Assembly: GCA_037444445.1 (NCBI GenBank)
Contig: JBBIMK010000001.1
Coordinates: 210,001-242,000 of the forward strand
Source: a bacterium
GTDB lineage: Bacteria > UBP7 > UBA6624 > JBBIMK01
Reading direction: 5' to 3'
DNA: 32,000 bases
The translations under genes and the position numbers were made by a program. The notes beneath the pieces were generated by a model. The model ran no database searches. It was not told where the DNA came from and saw only the letters and a program-made list of their open reading frames with translations. Below, piece by piece: positions 1 through 7,140 of the stretch. Each line of letters starts with the position of its first letter. The stretch's first letter is position 1.

Positions 1-1068
1 AACGCCGTATTCGGCAAGCCGGTCCATCTCAAAGGTGCGAATTTGGATCTCCAGAGGCTCTCCATCATCTGCCATCACCATCGTATGTAAGGAGCGGTAT
101 CCATTGGGTTTAGGTGAGCCGATATAATCACGAAAATAGCCCTGGATGTAACTCCAGATTTGATGCACGATGGCGAGGGCACGATAACAACTGTCTTCAT
201 CAGGAACCATAACCCGAAGCCCATAGAGGTCCCGAATCTCTTCAAAACTCAGATTTTGCTCCTGCATTTTCTGATAGATACTGTAGACATGCTTTGAACG
301 ACCCTTGACCAGGAAATTCATCTCCGGGAAGCGAGCGCGCAGATTATCTTCCAGTTTTCGCTTTAACCGAGAAATCCGAGATTCGCGCTTATGTAATTCG
401 CGGTGGAGGCGGCGGGAAAGGAGGTCATACTGCCCCGGATTCAGGTTGTGAAAGGCTTCATCTTCCAGAAGAGATTTCAATTTATAAAACCCAAACCGAT
501 GCGCCAGAGGGGCGTAAAAATCCAGAGTATCCATAGCAATCTGCCGACGCTTGGCTTCATCCGGTAGATACTCCAGAGTCTGTAAGTTATGGAGCCGGTC
601 CGATAATTTAATCAGCAAAATACGAAGGTCTTGAACGGTCTCAAAAAAGAACTTCCGGAGATTCTCCACCCGTAACTCTTCATCCTTTCTGTGAGCATAC
701 TGACTGAGTTTGGTGAGCCCTTTCACCAGAGTAAAGATGGTTTCTCCGAAGTAAGAGAGAAGTTCAACAGGTTCCAAAGCGGTATCTTCCAGCACATCAT
801 GAAGGAGAGCGGCTGCGAGCGTTTCGCTATCAGGCAGAGTGTTTTCCGCCAGAATACCCAGGACGGCGACCAGGTGTGAAAGATAGGGTTCACCGGAGAG
901 GCGGGTCTGCCCCCGGTGGGCGCGAACTGCCATCCAGAATGCCTCCCATACCAGGTTCTCATCAATATATACTTCTTTTCCCTTGACCTGAAATAACCAT
1001 CGCTGGAGCTCTTTTTCGTATTTCCTCTCTTCGGGGAGAATCTGGTCAGGGGTCAGCAGGGCTGGCAT
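1..1068 (-). CDS. relA: RelA/SpoT-family (p)ppGpp synthetase/hydrolase, N-terminal part; the 3' end runs off the window
   Basis: Hand translation of the minus strand from the ATG at 1068 (MPALLTPDQILPEERKYEKELQRWLF...) stays open to base 1, exactly 356 codons. It has an HD-domain region (LSHLVAVLGILAEN...LLHDVLEDT) and then synthetase-type sequence (FLVKGRSKHVYSIYQ). It is absent from the ORF track because no stop lies inside the window. Confidence 0.9.
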   Translation of the reverse strand, partial: MPALLTPDQILPEERKYEKELQRWLFQVKGKEVYIDENLVWEAFWMAVRAHRGQTRLSGEPYLSHLVAVLGILAENTLPDSETLAAALLHDVLEDTALEPVELLSYFGETIFTLVKGLTKLSQYAHRKDEELRVENLRKFFFETVQDLRILLIKLSDRLHNLQTLEYLPDEAKRRQIAMDTLDFYAPLAHRFGFYKLKSLLEDEAFHNLNPGQYDLLSRRLHRELHKRESRISRLKRKLEDNLRARFPEMNFLVKGRSKHVYSIYQKMQEQNLSFEEIRDLYGLRVMVPDEDSCYRALAIVHQIWSYIQGYFRDYIGSPKPNGYRSLHTMVMADDGEPLEIQIRTFEMDRLAEYGV

Positions 1069-1081
1069 CACAGATACAGCA

Positions 1082-2770
1082 TTAAAAACCTTCCCGCATG
1101 TCCTGTAAATCCAGGGATAAGCGATGGGTGGAGAAATCTCTGGATAGACAGAAAAGAACGGACAGGGTTTTACCGAGGGTTTCCTTCCAGCGGTGACCCG
1201 CATAATGGTAGAAAGCAAAGAGTTTTTTTCCCGCCCTTCCCAGCAAAAGACGAAGATGACGCCCGGAGGTTCCAACTCGCTCGGCAGAGAGGACCTTCAT
1301 ATGGCGCAAAAGGAAGATGGGGGGGGAATTCAAAGGGCCAAAAGGACCTAACTTAGCCAGATGAAACCACAGCTCTGGCGTGATGTCGCGCGGCTGAAGT
1401 TCAGCATCCACACGGATGCGGTCATGGATAATATTCACCTGAATGTGGTGGAGACGCTCTAAAAAGGCTGCCAGATGATGCTTTGGGAAGGAAAGGCCGA
1501 AGGCTTCGGTATGTCCTCCGATATCGGTGAGGATATCTCCAGACAATTCCTGGATAGCAGATTTCAAATGAAAGAAACGGGGAGAGCGAGCGGAGCCCTG
1601 AATTTCATCCGAATCTGGTCGGGGAGCCAAAACCACCACGGGCCTTTTCAAGATAGAAATCAGTTGCCCGGCGATTTGGCTGATGATACCGGTGGACCAG
1701 GCATCCGAATAGAACACCGCCACCTGGTCGGACGCAATTTCTTGTGCCTGCTCCAGCGCTTCTTCCAGGATTCCCCTGGAAAGTTCCTTCCGCTCCTCAT
1801 TCTTCTGCAGGAGTTGATGAAGCAAGCGGGAGGCATGGGACTCATCCTCAGCGAGGAAGAACTCTACGCCTAAGTAGGGGGCATCCCGGCGCCCTGCCGC
1901 ATTCAAAACCGGGGCAATTTTATACATCACTTCTGCCTCGGTAATGACTTTTTGACGCGTCAAAGCAAGAGCCTCTTTCAACACCGACAGAGGGGGTGAA
2001 ACAGCCGAAGAAAGCTCTGACAATCCGTGGAGGCAGAGAATTCGGTTTTCCTCCACCAGGGGCATAACATCTGCGAGGGTGCCGAGAGCGGCCAGGGGAA
2101 GAAGCCCTTCCACGGACCCGCCCAATTCTTTTTGTAAACATAAGGAAAGTTTGAATGCTACCCCCGCTCCGCTGAGATACGGAAATGGGTAGCCTCCAAG
2201 ATGAGGGTTCAGGGTAAGGTAGGCGTATGGATTCGGTGCCCTGGCAGGATGGTGGTCTGTGACAATGAGATGGATACCTGCTTCCTGTAAGGTTTTGGAC
2301 ACCTGCGACTCTTCCGAGCCGCAATCAACGGTGAAGATTACAGTGATATTTCTGGCCTGGGCGGCTTGAAGGAGTTGAGGGAAAATTCCATAGCCCCGCC
2401 CGGAACGGGGGGGAATAAAGTACATTACCTCCAAACCGAGAGATTTCAAGTAGCGTAGCAGAATCGCCGTGCCCGTGATTCCATCCACATCATAATCTCC
2501 GTAAATTAAAATTTTTTCCCTTTTTTTTAGAGCAGTCTTCAAACGCTGGATACACTCCTCGGTACCAGACAGATACCTTTCCGTGAGCCCCTCTACAGAA
2601 GGCTGAAGGAACTGAAGAGCCTGGAAACCTGTTCGGTAGCCCCGATGATAAAGAATCTGAGCAGTGATGGGATGAAGTGAGAGCTCCCGAACCAGAAGAA
2701 GATGTTCAGAGGTGGGTGGCGACAGTTCCCAGGTTTTGTAAAAACTCTGAACAAAAGAACGAGGGATCAA
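1082..2770 (-). CDS. recJ: Single-stranded-DNA-specific exonuclease RecJ (DHH/DHHA1)
   Basis: 562-aa ORF with DHH-family motifs GDYDVDGITG, DCGS and VTDHH, plus the DHHA1 motif GGHTEAFG. The apparent start is a TTG directly abutting the secF stop (TAA-TTG), so the exact start is uncertain. Confidence 0.9.
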   Translation of the reverse strand: MIPRSFVQSFYKTWELSPPTSEHLLLVRELSLHPITAQILYHRGYRTGFQALQFLQPSVEGLTERYLSGTEECIQRLKTALKKREKILIYGDYDVDGITGTAILLRYLKSLGLEVMYFIPPRSGRGYGIFPQLLQAAQARNITVIFTVDCGSEESQVSKTLQEAGIHLIVTDHHPARAPNPYAYLTLNPHLGGYPFPYLSGAGVAFKLSLCLQKELGGSVEGLLPLAALGTLADVMPLVEENRILCLHGLSELSSAVSPPLSVLKEALALTRQKVITEAEVMYKIAPVLNAAGRRDAPYLGVEFFLAEDESHASRLLHQLLQKNEERKELSRGILEEALEQAQEIASDQVAVFYSDAWSTGIISQIAGQLISILKRPVVVLAPRPDSDEIQGSARSPRFFHLKSAIQELSGDILTDIGGHTEAFGLSFPKHHLAAFLERLHHIQVNIIHDRIRVDAELQPRDITPELWFHLAKLGPFGPLNSPPIFLLRHMKVLSAERVGTSGRHLRLLLGRAGKKLFAFYHYAGHRWKETLGKTLSVLFCLSRDFSTHRLSLDLQDMREGF

Positions 2771-3856
2771 TTACCGTCTCCGGGCTTTCTTCTTCTTTTT
2801 CCGGGAATCCCGGGTAGTGGGGAAAGAAGACGAGGGACGAGGAGGGGAGGGGGAGGAAGGGGAAAGAGAAACCGAGGAGGGGGTAGAAGTTGCTCGGGGG
2901 GCAGGAGAAACCGGTGCAGGACGATGCACGGGCGCCGGACGGCCCGGGAATTCCTCTGGCTTCTTCACCCCTCCCACTTCCAGCATCATCATAATCGGGC
3001 TGGCAATAAACCAGGAAGAGTAGGTGCCGCTGAAAAACCCAATGGCAAGAGCGAGAGCAAAAGAATGTAAAGTGGGGCCACCGAAAAAGAGAATGGCGAG
3101 AACCGTGATAAGGGTGGTTAGGGTGGTGTTAATGGAACGAATCAGAACCTGCAGAATACTCATGTTCACAGTGTCGTAAAGGGAACTCGCCCGATGCAGT
3201 TTCAGGTTTTCCCGTATTCGGTCAAACACGATAATTGTATCGTTGATAGAGTAACCGATAATCGTCAAAATAGCCCCAATAAAAGGAGTATTTACCTCCA
3301 GATGAAAGAGAGCAAAGATTCCCAGCACTACGATGACATCATGGATAAGAGCCACAATAGCACCCACAGCGAAACTGAACCGGAACCGCCAGAAGATATA
3401 AATCAGCATAATGAACCAGGAAATGAGAACAGCAATGGAACCTTTGACGGCGAGTTCACGCCCGAAAGCAGGACCCACACTATCCACTTTCTGAAGAACG
3501 ATGTTCGGATATTTTGAACTCAAGGCTTGTTCGAGTTTTTCACGGTTCTGGTCGGATAACACAGGAGTGCGGATGAAGATGAGGGTCTTCCCCTCGGATG
3601 TGGAGGAAGTTTGAACGGTAGGCTCTTTAACGGAAAATGGACGGACGAGGTCGCTGATCTCTCCGGTCGTTACTTTTCCAGCATATTCCAGTTCCAGCAC
3701 ATTGCCACCGGTAAAATCCACTCCGAGATTCAACGGAGAACCGATACGGAAAACATTGTAAATCAAAGCCACAACTCCCAGCATAGTGATGAAGAGAGAA
3801 AGGGCGAAGAAGATTCGCCAGTAGCGCATAAAGTTGCGGTATTGCACAGATTTCAT
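2771..3856 (-). CDS. secF: Protein translocase subunit SecF with an atypical ~65-aa Pro/Ser-rich, polybasic C-terminal tail
   Basis: 361-aa ORF with the LGVDFTGGNVLEL motif and 6 predicted TM segments. The ATG directly follows the secD stop, with GAGGAGGA upstream. The tail reads RPAPVHRPAPVSPAPRATSTPSSVSLSPSSPSPPRPSSSFPTTRDSRKKKKKARRR. Confidence 0.9.
   Translation of the reverse strand: MKSVQYRNFMRYWRIFFALSLFITMLGVVALIYNVFRIGSPLNLGVDFTGGNVLELEYAGKVTTGEISDLVRPFSVKEPTVQTSSTSEGKTLIFIRTPVLSDQNREKLEQALSSKYPNIVLQKVDSVGPAFGRELAVKGSIAVLISWFIMLIYIFWRFRFSFAVGAIVALIHDVIVVLGIFALFHLEVNTPFIGAILTIIGYSINDTIIVFDRIRENLKLHRASSLYDTVNMSILQVLIRSINTTLTTLITVLAILFFGGPTLHSFALALAIGFFSGTYSSWFIASPIMMMLEVGGVKKPEEFPGRPAPVHRPAPVSPAPRATSTPSSVSLSPSSPSPPRPSSSFPTTRDSRKKKKKARRR
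2819..2889 (+). repeat. Polypurine, G-run-rich low-complexity tract (six runs of G3-G5) on the plus strand, inside the secF tail coding region
   Basis: Read directly: ggggaaagaagacgagggacgaggaggggagggggaggaaggggaaagagaaaccgaggagggggtagaag. G-runs lie at about 2819-2822, 2834-2836, 2844-2847, 2849-2853, 2859-2862 and 2879-2883. Confidence 0.8.
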
Positions 3857-5134
3857 TCACATTCCTCCTCGGGATTCCATAGACAGACCGTAGAGAGTGG
3901 GTTTCTGGGTGATGCCCAATAGCCCTTCCAGTAAGGCACGTGTAACGATGAGAGCGGTAAACATGCTCACCAGAACGCCTATCGTCAGAGTGAGGGCGAA
4001 ACCTTTCACGGTGCCGGTTCCGAGAAAATAAAGAATGGCAGCCGCTAAAATGGTTGTGACATTGGAATCAAATATCGCCGGGAAAGCACCCTGATGGCCG
4101 CTTTCCACGGAAGCCATTACTGTTTTCCCGGAACGAATTTCCTCTTTAACCCGTTCAAAAATCAGGATATTCGCATCTACCGCCATACCCAGAGAAAGGA
4201 TTAAACCGGCAATGCCATAAATGGTGAGAGTGACATCAAAATTGACCAGGAGAAAGAAAATAAAAGTGGTATAATAGAACAGGGCAATGTCCGCCAATAC
4301 TCCCATTGCCCGGTAGAAGAAAACCATGAAGAGAAGAACGACGATAAGCCCCAGGAAAGCGGCACGGAGGCTCTGTTCAATGGAAGATTTTCCCAGGGTA
4401 GGACCCACCAGCGAGTAACTCTGGATATTGATTTTTGCGGGGAGGCGTCCAGCATTTAATAAAGTAGCCAGGTCGGTAGCCTCCTGGATAGAAAAGCCGC
4501 GCTGTCCACCCTCAATGACGCCACTCCCGGAGATTTGCGTCCTAATTACAGGGCTGGAAATGACCTTCCCGTCCAGAGTAATTGTCAGATACTCACCGAT
4601 ATGCTCGCCAGTAAAAGTGTAGAATTTTCTGGCGGCATCTGATTTCAAATCAAAGGACACTGCGGGGCGATTCAGGCGATCACTGCCTATTCCAGCGCTT
4701 TTTAAATCGTCTCCCCGAATGACGACAGGATATTCACCGGGCTTTACCTCGGTGCCCTCATCCAGACTCTTATCACGGGTATAAATGAACTCCAGGTTTG
4801 CCGTTTGACCAATTAACTTGAGAACCCGGTCTACATTCTGCTCCCCTGGATACTGAATTTCTATGCGGTTCTGCCCTCTGCGGAGAATCAGGGCTTCCGA
4901 GGTTCCTCGTGGATTGAGCCGATTCTGAAGAACACCGACAACGCCGGTAACATCCTCATTCGTCAGGGATTTACCTTCCTCAAATGGGGCAACTTCAAGG
5001 AGAACATCCACTCCACCCCGAAGGTCCAGCCCCAGACGAATCAGGGGGCTATTCTTGTAATACCGATATAGCGGAACTATCGCAAAAAAAATAATCAGAC
5101 CTACGATAAGACCCCACCGCTGTGGTTTGGACAT
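3857..5134 (-). CDS. secD: Protein translocase subunit SecD
   Basis: 425-aa ORF with an N-terminal TM, the RLGLDLRGGVDVLLEV motif, a periplasmic head domain and a C-terminal 5-TM block. A GAAGGAGG SD lies upstream of the ATG. Confidence 0.92.
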   Translation of the reverse strand: MSKPQRWGLIVGLIIFFAIVPLYRYYKNSPLIRLGLDLRGGVDVLLEVAPFEEGKSLTNEDVTGVVGVLQNRLNPRGTSEALILRRGQNRIEIQYPGEQNVDRVLKLIGQTANLEFIYTRDKSLDEGTEVKPGEYPVVIRGDDLKSAGIGSDRLNRPAVSFDLKSDAARKFYTFTGEHIGEYLTITLDGKVISSPVIRTQISGSGVIEGGQRGFSIQEATDLATLLNAGRLPAKINIQSYSLVGPTLGKSSIEQSLRAAFLGLIVVLLFMVFFYRAMGVLADIALFYYTTFIFFLLVNFDVTLTIYGIAGLILSLGMAVDANILIFERVKEEIRSGKTVMASVESGHQGAFPAIFDSNVTTILAAAILYFLGTGTVKGFALTLTIGVLVSMFTALIVTRALLEGLLGITQKPTLYGLSMESRGGM

Positions 5135-5164
5135 GTTGACCTGCCTCCTTCACTCAACCATATT

Positions 5165-5170
5165 ATTATA
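5165..5170 (-). promoter_or_regulatory. Candidate -10 box (TATAAT) for the secD-secF-recJ-rel operon
   Basis: The minus strand reads gtgTATAATaatatggttgagtGAAGGAGGcaggtcaacATG. The -35 is weak (tgggat). Confidence 0.35.
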
Positions 5171-5312
5171 CACGAAATCATTGAAAAATCCCAGGAACTT
5201 TTAAGTTAGCCGATGTTAAAAGGATTGAAAGCGGGTAAGCCAGTGTTCTTTCAGGGTCATTTCCAGACCCTTTACAGGATTCCTCATGGAATTCTGTCAG
5301 GGGCCTGGTTTC

Positions 5313-5321
5313 TGTTAGAAT
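5313..5321 (+). promoter_or_regulatory. Candidate extended -10 promoter (TGtTAGAAT) 9 nt upstream of the ATG at 5331
   Basis: Sequence ctgttagaat-aaaattgcg-ATG. There is no SD between the box and the start, which suggests a leaderless or near-leaderless mRNA. Confidence 0.35.
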
Positions 5322-5330
5322 AAAATTGCG

Positions 5331-5822
5331 ATGAAGGTTGTGGTGATTTCAGACACTCACATTCCGGACCGTCATGATTCGCTGCCCCGCCGGATAGCGG
5401 AAGAAATTCAGATGTCGGATGCCGTGATTCACTGTGGAGATTTTACCTCTGAGGAGTTCTGTCAGGAACTCATGGGATTTGGAAAGCCTCTATATGCCGT
5501 TCACGGCAATATGGATGATTACCGAATTATTAGAAGATTCCCGTCTAAACAGGTAGTGAAATTGGAAGGGCATTCCATAGGTATCACACACGGTGAAGGG
5601 ATGCCGAGAGGGATTGAGGAAAGAGTGAAAAGAGTTTTTTATGATGAAGAGATTGAATTCCTTCTTTTTGGGCATACGCACGAAGTTCTATGGCAGGAAG
5701 GAAGTCGTCCTAAACTTTTGAATCCAGGTAGTGCTACGGACCGGTATCCCTTTCATCGGCCTTCCTACGCCCTTCTCACCATAAAAAGCGAAGGGGTCCA
5801 GGTGGCAATCGTCTATTATTAA
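5331..5822 (+). CDS. YfcE/MJ0936-type metallophosphoesterase
   Basis: 163-aa ORF carrying all calcineurin-like motifs: ISDTH, HCGDF, HGNMD and FGHTH. Confidence 0.85.
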   Translation: MKVVVISDTHIPDRHDSLPRRIAEEIQMSDAVIHCGDFTSEEFCQELMGFGKPLYAVHGNMDDYRIIRRFPSKQVVKLEGHSIGITHGEGMPRGIEERVKRVFYDEEIEFLLFGHTHEVLWQEGSRPKLLNPGSATDRYPFHRPSYALLTIKSEGVQVAIVYY

Positions 5823-6003
5823 CGAAAGGAAGCCATGGGTAAAAAATCCTCAAAACAGAAAATGAAACCCTGGAAACTACACGGGAAGAAAAGAGGGGGA
5901 GCGAGACGGTATGAAGCCTGGACATGGCGGCGGAGGCAAAAATCCGGCCGTCGCCACGCTTGACTTTCTCCTGCTTCTTCTGATGCCCTGAGTCTGTGAT
6001 ACA

Positions 6004-7140
6004 ATGAATGAGGAAATGGAACCCCTCTTCTTCTTACACTCATCAGACCATCACATCGGTAAAATCTTCAGGGGATTGCCACCGGAAAAGGGGCGCCTTC
6101 TCCGAGAAAGCCTGAAAAATGTATTGGAGCAGTGTGTAAACCTGATAGAGAAAGAAGGGATTCCTTTCTGGTTCATTGCGGGTGATTTTGTAGAAGTGGA
6201 ATATCTGGATTCCTCCACCCTGCGCTGGATGAACGAGAAACTGGCAAGGCTGAAACGAACTCGGATTTTCATCTCTCCCGGCGAGACCGACTGCGTTTCC
6301 TCTTTTGTCTACTCCTCATCCCTGCTTCCTGAAAATGTTCATATCTTCCTGCACCCGGATTTTGAAGAAATCCACTGGAAAGGGGTAAATATTTATGGGC
6401 GTGGGTGTGCAGACCCTGCGGAGCCTTTTCCGTTCGGTTTCCAGGTCAAGGACCCGGAAGCCATCAATATCCTCCTGTTTCACGGCTCTGATGCCACCTC
6501 TGTGGAGGAGGAATCTCTCTGTTTTCCATTCACGCCGGAACAGTTGTTGAAGACGGGCTCAAGTTACATAGCGCTGGGGCATCTTCACACAGGCAGGAAT
6601 GTTCTCCATCCTCCACGGATGGCTGTTTACCCGGGTTCCCCGGTGATGTTATCCTTTCTGGAAAGAGGTGAACATGGTGTCATCCTGGGGAAAATAGAGA
6701 ATCATCAAATTTCAACGCAACGCCTGAACCTGGGGGGGAGAAACTGGCATCGACATACCCTCAAAATCACACCCCTTGAACCGGCATCCCGTGTTTTTTT
6801 TCGTCTCACTGAAAACCTTCAGGAAGCACGACAGGAGGATATTCTCCATCTCACACTGGAAGGCGAGAGAAACCCCGATGAACCTTTACCTGTGGAAGAA
6901 TGGCAATCTTCCCTGAAGTCAAAATTTTTTGAGGTTCTCATCCGGGAGGATACGGCCCCGGGTTATCATCTGGAGGCATTGCGCAAGGAGCATAGTCTTC
7001 GCGGGCAACTGGTTCGGCAATATATTGAAACTCTCCGGGATGTTTCTTCCCCGGATGAGGAAGCCCTTCTACGAGAGGGGCTTCTGTGCGCCCTACAAAA
7101 CCTTGAGAGAAAAGCCATTCCCTCCCATGAAATTCCTTAA
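6004..7140 (+). CDS. SbcD/Mre11-like (YhaO-type) metallophosphoesterase with a degenerate motif III
   Basis: 378-aa ORF. Motif I is SSDHHIG, II is IAGDF, IV is LLFHGS and V is LGHLHTG. The position of GNH(D/E) reads SPGETD (6277-6291). The start may instead be the in-frame ATG at 6016, because a TGaTACAAT box overlaps the ATG at 6004. Confidence 0.75.
   Translation: MNEEMEPLFFLHSSDHHIGKIFRGLPPEKGRLLRESLKNVLEQCVNLIEKEGIPFWFIAGDFVEVEYLDSSTLRWMNEKLARLKRTRIFISPGETDCVSSFVYSSSLLPENVHIFLHPDFEEIHWKGVNIYGRGCADPAEPFPFGFQVKDPEAINILLFHGSDATSVEEESLCFPFTPEQLLKTGSSYIALGHLHTGRNVLHPPRMAVYPGSPVMLSFLERGEHGVILGKIENHQISTQRLNLGGRNWHRHTLKITPLEPASRVFFRLTENLQEARQEDILHLTLEGERNPDEPLPVEEWQSSLKSKFFEVLIREDTAPGYHLEALRKEHSLRGQLVRQYIETLRDVSSPDEEALLREGLLCALQNLERKAIPSHEIP

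Noticed and set aside
1319-1326. G8 (C8 on the coding strand) homopolymer inside recJ as a possible slipped-strand phase-variation site.
   Set aside because: The frame is intact and encodes ..NSPPIF... It is a single tract in a housekeeping gene with no other contingency-locus features. At most it is a hotspot for sequencing errors.
6929-7126. Upstream extension of the YhaN-like ORF, which would give a 212-nt overlap with the SbcD-like gene.
   Set aside because: The extension translates to Arg/Trp-rich non-protein-like sequence. The family N-terminus (MKFLKGYIQSYG..., with Walker A about 30 aa later) begins at the ATG at 7127.
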